A stretch of 48,824 bases of DNA, taken from the IMG/VR virus record IMGVR_UViG_3300026848_000010, positions 1-48,824 of that record; one strand, written 5' to 3'. This DNA comes from a virus (Duplodnaviria > Caudoviricetes). The translations under genes and the position numbers were made by a program. The notes under the pieces are model-generated. The model had not been told where the DNA came from and ran no database searches. It saw nothing but the letters and a program-made list of their open reading frames with translations. This document shows, in pieces, positions 34,077-44,381 of this stretch (position 1 is the first letter of the stretch; each line of letters opens with the position of its first letter).

Positions 34077-36274
34077 AGTCCTCTCCGATCCGCACGGCCT
34101 TCAATGCCGGTGAGCTGTCACCGCGTCTTCTGGGCCGCGTCGATTTCGAGAAGTATCGTAACGGTTCCGAGGTCATGGAAAACATCATTCCACTGGCCGA
34201 GGGTGGCGCCATGCGTCGAACCGGAACCAGGTTTGTTGCCGAGGCAAAAGACAGCTCCAAAAAAGTACGTCTTGAACCATTCAACAGTGGCGTCGATTTC
34301 AGCTATGTCATGGAAATGGGTGAAGAATATATCCGGTTTTATCGCTTGCAAGGGCAGATACAGACATCAGGCGTGGCGGCTTGGGTGACATCAACAGCAT
34401 ATGTCGTCGGTGATCTGGTGACAGAAAGCGGGACAACCTATTATTGCCTGATCAATCATACATCCGGCACTTTTGCAACAGACCTTTCCAATGGTCGCTG
34501 GTACGCACTGACCGACGCGATTTATGAAATCCCGACACCGTATCAGGAAGATGACCTTTTCGGCCTGCGCGTCGTCCAGAGTGGTGACATCGCCTATATC
34601 CTGCACAACGATTATCCGGTCCGAAAGCTATCCAGATTCGGGAACACGAACTGGGTTCTTGCCGAAGTTGATTTTATTGACGGCCCCTATCTGGATCAGA
34701 ACACGACGGCCACAACACTAAGCCCTTCCGGAACAAGCGGTTCGGTGACGATTTCAGCTTCGTCCGTCACGGGCATCAATGGGAACACCGGGTTTCAGTC
34801 ATCTGATATTGGCAGGCTGGTTCGTATCAAGCATGGATCGACATGGGGCAACGCCACGATTACCGCGGTTGGCAGCACTACGTCTGTCACGGCAACGACA
34901 AATGTAAACTTTGGCGGCACGACCGCTGTAACGGTGTGGCGTCTTGGGGCATGGTCGGAGACAACCGGCTATCCCGGTATCGGCACGATCTTCCAGCAAC
35001 GGCTTTACACCGCGCGCAGCATTTCACAGGTGCAGACGATATGGGCCAGCCAGACCGCAGATTTCGAGAACTTTACCCCGGATGACCGGAACGCGACTGT
35101 CGAAGATGATGACGCCCTGACCTATACCATTTCAGCCAAGGCCGTGAACGATGTTGAATGGCTGGTCGCATCGCGTGACCGGCTTCTTGTCGGAACCACG
35201 GGTCAAGAGTTCGTTGTCCAGAGCGACGGTGCTGTTATTACACCTAACGATATCTCGATCACCAAGCAGACCAGTTTTGGGTCCGCCAGAATTGAGCCGC
35301 TTGAAATCGGGCATCTGGTTCTGTTCGTCCAGCGTTCCGGACGCAGTATCCTTGAACTTGGCTATTCGTTCGAGGCCGACAGCAACGTCGGCAACTATAT
35401 GACCCGTCTCGCCAAGCAGGTGACCAAGGGCGGGTTCATTCAATTCGATTACGCACAGGAACTGGACAGCGTAGCCTATGGCGTCAGGGCTGACGGACAG
35501 ATCGCAACGATGACCTATCGTCGCGAGGAACAGGTTGTGGCGTGGGCGCGGCAGATCGCGGGCGGCACAGATGCAAAGTTCGAAAGTGTCTCGGTGATCG
35601 CTGGATCAGATGGTGTCGGTCAGTTCAAGTCTTCGCTGGACCGTGATGAGGTCTGGGTTGCTGTCAGCCGCACGATTAACGGGTCAACGAAACGCTATAT
35701 CGAGTTCTTTGAAAAAAGCTGGGATCGCGATGAAGACGATCAGGCCGATTCCTATTACGCCGACAGCCTATTTACCTATGACAGCACGGCGACGGACACC
35801 ATCACTGGGCTAGGCCACCTAGAAGGCGAAACAGTGAAAGTTCTGGCCGATGGATCAATTCATCCCGACAGGATTGTTACGTCCGGTTCTATTATGCTTG
35901 ACGGGGAATACAGTACTGTTCAGGTCGGCATTGGCTACAGGCATCGTCTGAAATCGATGAAATTGGAATCCGGAAACCCGCAAGGCACATTCCTTGGTAA
36001 ACTCAAGAAAATCCTCGAAGTCTTGCCTGTTTATGAGGTTGTGCATGTCGTCAAGTTCGGCCCGACATTCGACGATATGGTGGAATACGATTACCGCGTG
36101 GTCGCCGATCCGATGGACGCACCGGCACCATTTTTTGACGGCGAGCCTGAGGACCCGATCAAGTTGTCACAAGAGGGGTGGTTACGCGACCCGAGGATAT
36201 GCATTGAGAGCGATGCACCGGTTCCGTTTGTTCTCCTGGCCATGGCCTATGACACGGACCTGAAAAACGCATGA
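34070..36274 (+). CDS. Tail nozzle (T7 gp12-like)
   Basis: FNAGELSP, RRTGTRFV, GYPGIGTIFQQRL, LFVQRSG, GLGHLEGETV. Confidence 0.9.
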   Translation: MVKSSPIRTAFNAGELSPRLLGRVDFEKYRNGSEVMENIIPLAEGGAMRRTGTRFVAEAKDSSKKVRLEPFNSGVDFSYVMEMGEEYIRFYRLQGQIQTSGVAAWVTSTAYVVGDLVTESGTTYYCLINHTSGTFATDLSNGRWYALTDAIYEIPTPYQEDDLFGLRVVQSGDIAYILHNDYPVRKLSRFGNTNWVLAEVDFIDGPYLDQNTTATTLSPSGTSGSVTISASSVTGINGNTGFQSSDIGRLVRIKHGSTWGNATITAVGSTTSVTATTNVNFGGTTAVTVWRLGAWSETTGYPGIGTIFQQRLYTARSISQVQTIWASQTADFENFTPDDRNATVEDDDALTYTISAKAVNDVEWLVASRDRLLVGTTGQEFVVQSDGAVITPNDISITKQTSFGSARIEPLEIGHLVLFVQRSGRSILELGYSFEADSNVGNYMTRLAKQVTKGGFIQFDYAQELDSVAYGVRADGQIATMTYRREEQVVAWARQIAGGTDAKFESVSVIAGSDGVGQFKSSLDRDEVWVAVSRTINGSTKRYIEFFEKSWDRDEDDQADSYYADSLFTYDSTATDTITGLGHLEGETVKVLADGSIHPDRIVTSGSIMLDGEYSTVQVGIGYRHRLKSMKLESGNPQGTFLGKLKKILEVLPVYEVVHVVKFGPTFDDMVEYDYRVVADPMDAPAPFFDGEPEDPIKLSQEGWLRDPRICIESDAPVPFVLLAMAYDTDLKNA

Positions 36275-36726
36275 TCGTAGACTTTTTACCGTCTCACCTT
36301 TTTGAAATTGACCTGCAGCCGGCGCAGCGTGACATGACGCCGTGGCTCGGGAATATTGGCCCATTATATGCTGCTGCGGGTCCGGCGAGAAGCGTTGTTG
36401 CGGATGATGGCAGGATCATCTTGTGTTGCGGTTTGCTGCCAATGATCATTCCTGGGCTTGATATCGGTCCATTTTCGGCGGCGGCATGGGTTCTGGCCGC
36501 GAAGATGAAACGCGGTGAATTTATTGAGGCGCACAACGCTGTGCGCAATCTTTTGGAAAAATTCGGCCCACGGTTCAAGAGGATCGAGGCTTACGTCGAT
36601 GTGGATTTCAAGGCAGGTCATCGCTGGATGAAGACACTTGGGTTTCAGTGTGAAGCACCGGTTCGACGTCGGGCCGGGCTTATGGGGCGCGACGATTCTC
36701 TTTATGCCAAGATAATGGGGAAATGA
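36271..36726 (+). CDS. GNAT-like/T7 gp13-like protein
   Basis: RIEAYV..GHRWMKTLGFQCE; position after the nozzle. Confidence 0.7.
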   Translation: MIVDFLPSHLFEIDLQPAQRDMTPWLGNIGPLYAAAGPARSVVADDGRIILCCGLLPMIIPGLDIGPFSAAAWVLAAKMKRGEFIEAHNAVRNLLEKFGPRFKRIEAYVDVDFKAGHRWMKTLGFQCEAPVRRRAGLMGRDDSLYAKIMGK

Positions 36727-36727
36727 C

Positions 36728-37195
36728 ATGGCATTTTTAGCACCTGCACTCCCTTATATCGCGGCGGCCGCAACTGCTGCCTCGGCCTATGGTCAATACC
36801 AAGAAGGACAGGAAGCCAAGAAGCAGGCCAGACGTCAAGCCGAAGTCTATGAAGAACAGGCTGAACAGGAACGTGATGCATCCCGGCAGGAAGAACAGGA
36901 TTATCGCCGCCGGGCTTCGGCAATCATCGCGTCCCGTCGTGCAATTCTGGGCGGTTCCGGGGTTCAGGTCGACACCGGCAGCCCGCTTCTTGGAACCGAG
37001 GCCACTGTGACCGAGGCTGAACGTCAGGCCGCGCGGATCAGATCCGGTGGCGAAATCGTTGCCGGGCGGTTGGAACAGCAGGCCGGATTGACACGGGCAT
37101 CTGGCTCAGCAGCAGCTACATCCGGGACATATCAGGCTGGGGCGTCACTTCTTAGCGGTGCTGGTAAAGCATACGGCATGTGGGGGCAGGGATAA
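36728..37195 (+). CDS. Ejection protein (gp14-like)
   Basis: Ala-rich, GGSGVQVDTGSPL; position. Confidence 0.75.
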   Translation: MAFLAPALPYIAAAATAASAYGQYQEGQEAKKQARRQAEVYEEQAEQERDASRQEEQDYRRRASAIIASRRAILGGSGVQVDTGSPLLGTEATVTEAERQAARIRSGGEIVAGRLEQQAGLTRASGSAAATSGTYQAGASLLSGAGKAYGMWGQG

Positions 37196-38697
37196 TGGCA
37201 AGACTTCCATCTGCGGTTAACATTCAGACCGTTGGCATCCGCCGCGATCCTGGCCTGCGCGTACCGAATACAGCAACCACCGGAGCTGCGCTGGTTCAAG
37301 CCGGGCAGTTTTTGGGCGGTGTTGTCGATGCTGTTTACGAGCAGGAGCAGCAACAGAAGAAAAAATTTGACGCCTCTGTCATCGCCGAGGCAACTCTTGC
37401 TGCAGATAAGCGCGCCAGCGATGAATATCAGCGTGTTCTTCTGGAAGAGGATGCGTCAAGTCCTGACTTTATAAAAAAACAGGAAGAATGGTTGCAGAAA
37501 CGCAATCAGGAGATTCTTGCAAATCTTCCGCCAGAGGTGAGCGAGGCTGCGCGTCAGGATTTGCAGTTCAAGCTGGCGCAAGACGCAAACACATGGGCCA
37601 TCCAATATACCGAGGATAGCGTTGTTGCCTTGGACAGGCGCAGCAAGTCTGCATTTGAAGGTGTGGTGGCAAAGTATGAGGCCATGGCCAGCCGTGATCC
37701 GGCTCGTATGACAGACATCCTCGCCATGGCAAATGACGAACTGGATTCATTCCGTGGCACGATGAAAGCAGATACCGAGTCAGAAGCTTTTAAAGCATCA
37801 CAAGGCAATATCATCAACGCCACATTCGACAGCCTGATTGCCAAAGGTGAATATGGCCGGGCGAAGGAGATTATCGATAGCGGACGATATGACGAATATA
37901 TCGATGTCAATTCGTTTAACGAGAAAGTCAGTCAGTCCATTGACAAGCGGCTGGCGTCGCTTGATCGCGCGCAGAGAATGTCCGACCGGCGCGAACAGGA
38001 AATCAGCGACGAGGTAACCAAGACCGGTGTTGATCTTGCCGCAAGTGGCGATCTCACTCTGGATTGGGTGCAGGCCAACAGGGATATCCTGTCTCTGGCT
38101 GATTACCGCGCGCTAAGTAAAGCTGCAACAGTTGATACGCAGGAAGATGATCGCCAAACAGTGGCTGATTTGTATTACGATATGGGGCAGCGTGTGGATG
38201 TCTCCAAGAGAGTTCTTGACGCCTATTCCGATGGGTTGCTAACGCGCGGAACGATGACGACGATCCTGAGCAGAAACGATACCGTTCAGGGACGCAGCGG
38301 GGCGCAAACGCCGTTCGAGGCGGCTTCGAATTATCTTAACGCCGCCTTGCGTCCATCTGATCTGAACGACAACCCTGATGCTGCCGCAGCTTATGCAAAT
38401 GCGGAATCCGATCTGATGGACTGGTTTGACGAAAATCCGCAGGCCACAGTCAAGCAGGCAAAGGATATAGCCCGCGAACTGGCCGGTGCCTATCGGTTGG
38501 CTCCCGGTACATCGCTGTCTCTTCCGTTCCCGGATTGGATGGCGGGTGACAGAAACATCCGCGAACCTGATCTCGACGCAACAGAACAATCGATTATCCG
38601 CGATCTGTCTGCCGGTACGATCTCGCAGGCCGAAGCCATTCGTCGGGCAAAGACAATCAACAGATGGCGTGAATTCCAGCAGGAGAGCGCACAATAA
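37195..38697 (+). CDS. Ejection protein (gp15-like)
   Basis: MARLP start, long helical protein; position. Confidence 0.75.
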   Translation: MARLPSAVNIQTVGIRRDPGLRVPNTATTGAALVQAGQFLGGVVDAVYEQEQQQKKKFDASVIAEATLAADKRASDEYQRVLLEEDASSPDFIKKQEEWLQKRNQEILANLPPEVSEAARQDLQFKLAQDANTWAIQYTEDSVVALDRRSKSAFEGVVAKYEAMASRDPARMTDILAMANDELDSFRGTMKADTESEAFKASQGNIINATFDSLIAKGEYGRAKEIIDSGRYDEYIDVNSFNEKVSQSIDKRLASLDRAQRMSDRREQEISDEVTKTGVDLAASGDLTLDWVQANRDILSLADYRALSKAATVDTQEDDRQTVADLYYDMGQRVDVSKRVLDAYSDGLLTRGTMTTILSRNDTVQGRSGAQTPFEAASNYLNAALRPSDLNDNPDAAAAYANAESDLMDWFDENPQATVKQAKDIARELAGAYRLAPGTSLSLPFPDWMAGDRNIREPDLDATEQSIIRDLSAGTISQAEAIRRAKTINRWREFQQESAQ

Positions 38698-41600
38698 TGG
38701 CACTTGCACCAAGCACCAGCGATGCGACCGTTCTTCCGGGCAATGCAGAACCGGCCAGCAATGGCGGCATGATCGAACAGGGGAATATTGACCTTGCCGC
38801 GCGTCCGGTTGTCAGAAATGAAGACGGATCGATCAGCACAGTTCGATCAATGTCATTTTCTGATGACAGCGGAGCCGAGATCGTCATCCCGACCGTGAGT
38901 GATGATGGTCGAATTATGTCTGATGAAGAGGCTGTTGATACCTATTACAAGACCGGGAAGTTTTTGGGTAAATTTGACAGCACCGACGCCGCAATTTCGT
39001 TTGCAAATTCCCTGCATGAGCAGCAGGCAGATATGTATCTTGGCGACGATGCATCCGACCAATACCTGTCGCATCGTGAAGACGGTAACGGTGCCAACGA
39101 ACTTATGAACCTGATGCGTCGTGTCGAGGCACGTGATGGTATCCAGACGCCAGATCAGCAACCTTCCGGGCAAGGTCCTGACGCTACACCAGCGGGGAAT
39201 GTCACCGTTCGAAGGCTAACGACTGGCGGGTATGGTGCCTATGTCGATGGAAATCTTGTCGCTGGCGGCGCCTCTCCTGAGGAAGCAATGGAAGCCGGTC
39301 TACTCTCCATTGCTTCCGAAGGCGTCATGGATCGGGTTGGCGATGTGGCATCAGATATAGGTGGAGGCGTCATCGAGGCGCCGCGGCAGGCCGTGGGAGG
39401 CGCTGTTGATGCCGTCAGGGAAACAACCAATGCAATTGATGATCTCGCGGCATGGCTGAATGAAAATGTGGCCGATCTTGATATTACCATTCCGCTTCCC
39501 GGCGTTGAGGAAGGCGAAGAATTCGACCTGACACCGACAACGCTGATTGAATCCGTCCTTCCGGAAATTGACGAAGCCAGAACGACCACCGGCAACGTGG
39601 TGAGAAACGTTGCGCAGTTTGTGACCGGGTTCTGGGGTGCTGGTAAATTCCTTCGGGGCGCGGGCCTGCCAACTGCCACAACAGCAGCCGGACGCGCGGG
39701 AACTGCCATGGGGCAGGGTGCTATCGCAGATTTCACGGTGTTCGATCCAAGCGAAGAGCGCCTGTCAAATATCATTCAGGATGTTCCGGAGCTTGAAAAC
39801 CCGATCAATGAATTCCTCGCCGCGCGCGAAGGTGACACCGAAATTGAAGGGCGCCTGAAGAATGCTCTTGAAGGTGCTGGGCTTGGAGCCCTAACTGACG
39901 CTTTTGTTTTGTCGTTGCGCGGTCTGAAAAACATGCGTGCAGCCCGTAACGTCAGTGGCGAAGAAGCAGCACTGCGCGAGCAGGCGGAGAAATTTGGCAG
40001 CGTGACCAGCCGTGATTTTATGCTGCTTGGCGACCCTGACAGCGTCGATATCGTCATCAGCAGACCAACCGCCAAGGGCATGATCAAGGACGCCGCCAAC
40101 GAGGTTCCGCCCGTTACAGCGGAAGAACTATTGAGCGGACAGGGTCAGGGCGACGTCATGATCAACTGGGCTAGAATTGACAGCCCGGATGACATCAAAA
40201 AGGCCATGCAGGCCATGGCAGACCTGTCAAAGGAAGGTATTGATACGGCCCGTCGGGGGGTGCGAAGCAATGAGGCCACCAAGGCCGCTGCGGCGCAAAC
40301 TAACGCGTGGGATGTTCTTGTATCTCGCCGCGAAGGACAGCCACTTAATGCTGAGGATTCCGTTGCACTTCGCCAGCTATGGGCCAGTGCAACGGAAACT
40401 TTGACAGAAGCAGCCAAACGCGCCGCAGCGGAACCGGGCGAGGCCAATCTGTTTGCGTTTCGCAAGATGCTTGCAGTGCAGGACGCTATTCAGAAGCAGG
40501 TCATTGCGGCCAGAACCGAAACGGCGCGGGCATTGCAAAGCTGGTCCATCCCGGCCGGAGGCAATATCGAGCGTGCCAGAGCTGTCCAGGATATCATCAA
40601 CACCACGGCGGAAGACCCGGAGGTGCATCGTGAATTGGCCCGGAGACTGGCAGCACTCGGTGAAGCCGGCGAGTTTGACAAGATGAATGAAGTTGCTCGG
40701 CGCAGTGTCACGGCGCGGACCTATGACGCGGTTGTCCAGGCATGGATCAACGGCCTTTTGTCTGGCCCCAAAACGCACCTTGTCAACATGATGTCCAATA
40801 CGTCAGTGATCTTTGCGTCAATGGCGGAGCGCGAAACCGCAGCACGAATTGCCGCACTTATGGGTGATGACGGCAGCGTTCAGATGGGTGAGGCTGTTGC
40901 GCAATGGTTTGGCATGGTGCAGGGCCTCAAGGATTCCTTCCGTATCTCGTCCGATGCTGAAAAAATGGGGACGGTCTGGCAATCCATCAGAACGGGGCAG
41001 AGTGGTTTTGGGCTGCAAAAGATTGATGTTCCACGCCAAGGCGCACTTGGTTCAGATGTCTGGAATGTGGCATCCGATACCGCCCTTGGTCGCACCTTGG
41101 ATGCCATGAACGTTGTGACGCAGATACCGGGCCGGGCACTTGGTGCGGAAGATGAACTGTTCAAAACCATCGGTTATCGGATGGAGCTGAACGCACAGGC
41201 GTTACGTCAGGCGCGGTCCGATGTTTCGGCGGGGAAAATCCCTGAAACAGAGTTGAAGAGTCGTGTCGCGGATATAATCGCCAATCCTCCGCAGCATATT
41301 CGGCTGGCCGCAATTGACGCAGCTACCTACCAAACATTCAATAGTGCGCCGGGCAAGATCAGTCAGACGCTAATGAAATACCGCAACAGTGTTCCGGTGC
41401 TTGGGCCACTGACAGCCCCGTTCGTCAGAACTGTCGGCAATGTCATGAAATACACGTTCGAACGCACCCCGCTTGCCCCGGTGATGGGGCAGGTCCGGGC
41501 CGATATCGCAGCCGGTGGCGCGAGACGTGATCTTGCCTTGGCCCGTATCGCACTGGGATCTTCGGTAATGGCCTTGTCGGCTGATCTGGCTCTGTCAGGT

Positions 41601-42563
41601 CAGATCAGCGGCAAGGGCCCGGCAGATTCAGAAATGCGGGCAACAGAGCGCCGGGCAGGAATGCAGCCCTATAGCGTCAAAGTCGGGGATCGCTGGTATG
41701 CCTATAACCGCATGGACCCGATTGGTACATTGCTCGGTATTTCTGCCGACATGGTTGACATCCTTGCCAATGGCGATATCACCGATGACAAATGGAACGA
41801 AGACGTTGAACGTGCCGTTATTGCCACGGCAGCGGCTATCGGGTCCAACATGATGAACAAAACCTATCTGACCGGCATGTCGGACTTTGTCGAGGCGATG
41901 TCTGACCCGATCCGCAATTCTGAATATTGGGCTCAGGGGGTGGCAGGTTCGTTTGTTCCAACGCTTTCCGGTGAGTTTCGCCGCGCCGATGATCCGTATA
42001 TGCGCGAGGTCCGCAGCCTTTGGGATGCGATCCGGAACAAGACACCCGGACTGTCCGAGGAATTGCCGCTTCGTCGCGATCTCTGGGGACGACCGATCAG
42101 CTATCGCTCCGGGCTTGGTGCGACATATGACGCGTTTTCCCCGATCTATAGTCGCAAAGAAGAACCGGAGCCGATTGATACAGAATTGCTTCGTCTTGGC
42201 AACGGCCCCGCCATGATGCCACGCCGCACCAGTTTCAACGGTGCCACCATCAACCTTGATCAATATGAAGGAGCCTATAGCCGCATGGTCGAGTTGGCCG
42301 GGAACGAGACGAAACTTATCAAGTATGGAAATATGGGTGCAAAAGATGCGCTAAATGCTATCATCGAAGGACGTAGCCCGTTTTCGGCAATATACAAGAT
42401 GCGCACCGATGGTCCAGATGGTGGCAAGATGCAGCTCGTTCGCGCCGTTGTTGCCGAGTACCGGGAAGCAGCGAAGAAGCAGATGATGGCAGAATACCCG
42501 CAGATCGCCGTCGAGGTGCAGCGCAAGCTCGACAGTCAAAGCAAGTGGATGATGCAGCGTTGA
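38697..42563 (+). CDS. Large ejection protein (gp16-like)
   Basis: 1288 aa; NGLLSGPKTH, PFVRT, GMQPYSVKVG, YNRMDP, RRDLWG. Confidence 0.85.
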   Translation: MALAPSTSDATVLPGNAEPASNGGMIEQGNIDLAARPVVRNEDGSISTVRSMSFSDDSGAEIVIPTVSDDGRIMSDEEAVDTYYKTGKFLGKFDSTDAAISFANSLHEQQADMYLGDDASDQYLSHREDGNGANELMNLMRRVEARDGIQTPDQQPSGQGPDATPAGNVTVRRLTTGGYGAYVDGNLVAGGASPEEAMEAGLLSIASEGVMDRVGDVASDIGGGVIEAPRQAVGGAVDAVRETTNAIDDLAAWLNENVADLDITIPLPGVEEGEEFDLTPTTLIESVLPEIDEARTTTGNVVRNVAQFVTGFWGAGKFLRGAGLPTATTAAGRAGTAMGQGAIADFTVFDPSEERLSNIIQDVPELENPINEFLAAREGDTEIEGRLKNALEGAGLGALTDAFVLSLRGLKNMRAARNVSGEEAALREQAEKFGSVTSRDFMLLGDPDSVDIVISRPTAKGMIKDAANEVPPVTAEELLSGQGQGDVMINWARIDSPDDIKKAMQAMADLSKEGIDTARRGVRSNEATKAAAAQTNAWDVLVSRREGQPLNAEDSVALRQLWASATETLTEAAKRAAAEPGEANLFAFRKMLAVQDAIQKQVIAARTETARALQSWSIPAGGNIERARAVQDIINTTAEDPEVHRELARRLAALGEAGEFDKMNEVARRSVTARTYDAVVQAWINGLLSGPKTHLVNMMSNTSVIFASMAERETAARIAALMGDDGSVQMGEAVAQWFGMVQGLKDSFRISSDAEKMGTVWQSIRTGQSGFGLQKIDVPRQGALGSDVWNVASDTALGRTLDAMNVVTQIPGRALGAEDELFKTIGYRMELNAQALRQARSDVSAGKIPETELKSRVADIIANPPQHIRLAAIDAATYQTFNSAPGKISQTLMKYRNSVPVLGPLTAPFVRTVGNVMKYTFERTPLAPVMGQVRADIAAGGARRDLALARIALGSSVMALSADLALSGQISGKGPADSEMRATERRAGMQPYSVKVGDRWYAYNRMDPIGTLLGISADMVDILANGDITDDKWNEDVERAVIATAAAIGSNMMNKTYLTGMSDFVEAMSDPIRNSEYWAQGVAGSFVPTLSGEFRRADDPYMREVRSLWDAIRNKTPGLSEELPLRRDLWGRPISYRSGLGATYDAFSPIYSRKEEPEPIDTELLRLGNGPAMMPRRTSFNGATINLDQYEGAYSRMVELAGNETKLIKYGNMGAKDALNAIIEGRSPFSAIYKMRTDGPDGGKMQLVRAVVAEYREAAKKQMMAEYPQIAVEVQRKLDSQSKWMMQR

Positions 42564-42793
42564 GGAAGATTTCCGGTCTGATATTCCTTCTTGGCAGTCT
42601 GTCAATGTTATGGGGCATGATCTGGACATGGATGTCCATCATCATTGATATATCGAGGCTGTATGGTCCCGGCTTCGGTGCGGGCGCAATGATCGTCTCG
42701 TTTTTCCTGCTGCATTCATGCTGGAACTGGGTGTCCCTACCGTATCTGGCATGGACCAAACTTTGGCGATCTGTAGACCGAAGGTTTGATTAA
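42545..42793 (+). CDS. Small multi-TM membrane protein
   Basis: Two long hydrophobic segments. Confidence 0.45.
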   Translation: MDDAALRKISGLIFLLGSLSMLWGMIWTWMSIIIDISRLYGPGFGAGAMIVSFFLLHSCWNWVSLPYLAWTKLWRSVDRRFD

Positions 42794-42892
42794 AATATAA
42801 AATCATCGTCGGGCGACGCTCCGCCGATCTGAATGTCACACCACCACAAGGCCGCTCCCATTCGGGACGGCCTTTTCTTATGGAGCAAGACC

Positions 42893-44311
42893 ATGACACT
42901 GAGCAGCGACGTAAGCCGCGCGGAATATAACGGTGACGGGGCAACAACCGTTTTTTCGACGGTGTTCCAGTTCTTTGCTAATGATGACGTCAAGGTTTAT
43001 CTCCGTGACGCGGCAGGAACTGAAACGCTTTGGACCGAGGGCACGGAATATACCTTAACCGGAGCGCTGACTGGTGGGGCAGGCAATGTTACCGTTGACA
43101 CAAGCCCCACCGATTACACACCGGCGGTCGGAGAGGTTCTGGTCATTCTGCGCACCCCTGATGAGACTCAGGAAACGGACTTCCCGCTTGGCGGTCCGTT
43201 CCCGTCAACGGCGGCGGAGCAAGCGATTGACCGTGTTGTCATGCTCATTCAAGCCTTGCGCGAAGAACTGAACCGGACGCCAAAACTATCAGTCACGTCT
43301 CTTGCCTCTGGCGTGGTTATTCCTGATCCTGAAAACGGCACTATTCTTGGGTGGGAAAGCGGACAGCTTGCCAACTTTTCCCCAAACACCGACGCTTATA
43401 TCGGCTTGCCTTTATCATCAACCAATGGCGCTATTGTCACATGGAACGGCGTTTCCGGAAATGCTTTGGCTGATAGCGGAATTATACCCGGCACAGCAGC
43501 GGGACGAAACATTGGAACAGGAAATGGTGAAGTCCCCACATTTGATGCAAACGGCAGTCTCAGCGGATTTGCTTTTCTCGGTCATTTGCACGGCCTTACC
43601 TTGTCAAACAACGCAACAGATGCCACCAACGATATTGATATCGCAGCGGGTGAAGCAGTAAGCACCGAGATTAACCCGGTCCTGATGAAACTTTCATCTG
43701 GCATCACCAAGCGCCTAGATGCTGCGTGGGCTGTTGGCGCCGGCAACGGTGGTCTTGATACTGGTACTATCGCGGACACCACATATCACGTCTGGCTGAT
43801 CCAGCGGTCTGATACAGGCGTCGTAGATGTCCTGTTCTCGGCTTCGGCCACGTCACCAACAATGCCTGCAAGCTATGACCGAAAACGCCGTATCGGCTCG
43901 ATTGTCCGGCAGTCAGGTGCAATCCGCGCCTTCCTGCAAGATGGCGATAATTTCTGGTGGGAAGTTCCCGCGGCAAACCCATCGGTGACCAATCCGGGCG
44001 GCGCACCTGTTAACAGAACTTTGACCGTTCCACTCGGGTTGCAAGTGATTGCAAAACTAAATGTTGTCATTCGGTCAGACTCTGCATCAGCAGCAGTTTA
44101 TCTGTCTGATCTCGATCTTCCTGCGACCGCACCTGATCAATTTGGCGTTTTTTCTATTATTGCTAATTCGGCTGCTAGTGTTGCATCTGGTCAGGTTGAA
44201 GTCCGAACCAGTGTAACCGGTGAAATTCGGTCCGAGTTCGATGCCAGCGGTGCAAACACGTTTCTTCGCATCGCGACGGCTGGCTGGGTGGATACGCGGG
44301 GTCGTATCTGA
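42893..44311 (+). CDS. Tail fibre/receptor-binding protein
   Basis: T7 gp17-like N-terminus (YNGDGATTVF..EQAIDRVVMLIQ); C-domain GLTLSNNATDATNDIDI. Confidence 0.85.
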   Translation: MTLSSDVSRAEYNGDGATTVFSTVFQFFANDDVKVYLRDAAGTETLWTEGTEYTLTGALTGGAGNVTVDTSPTDYTPAVGEVLVILRTPDETQETDFPLGGPFPSTAAEQAIDRVVMLIQALREELNRTPKLSVTSLASGVVIPDPENGTILGWESGQLANFSPNTDAYIGLPLSSTNGAIVTWNGVSGNALADSGIIPGTAAGRNIGTGNGEVPTFDANGSLSGFAFLGHLHGLTLSNNATDATNDIDIAAGEAVSTEINPVLMKLSSGITKRLDAAWAVGAGNGGLDTGTIADTTYHVWLIQRSDTGVVDVLFSASATSPTMPASYDRKRRIGSIVRQSGAIRAFLQDGDNFWWEVPAANPSVTNPGGAPVNRTLTVPLGLQVIAKLNVVIRSDSASAAVYLSDLDLPATAPDQFGVFSIIANSAASVASGQVEVRTSVTGEIRSEFDASGANTFLRIATAGWVDTRGRI

Positions 44312-44381
44312 CCCCGAAAATGCTGGTTTTCGCAATCCTATGTGATACAAGAAATTGATGTTATTCGGGTATGAGGGCAAT

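Noticed and set aside
44347-44361. ACAA-N7-ATGT as a sixth CI operator before the Tat enzyme
   Set aside because: The right half-site deviates from the five operators and the context is AT-rich; likely chance.
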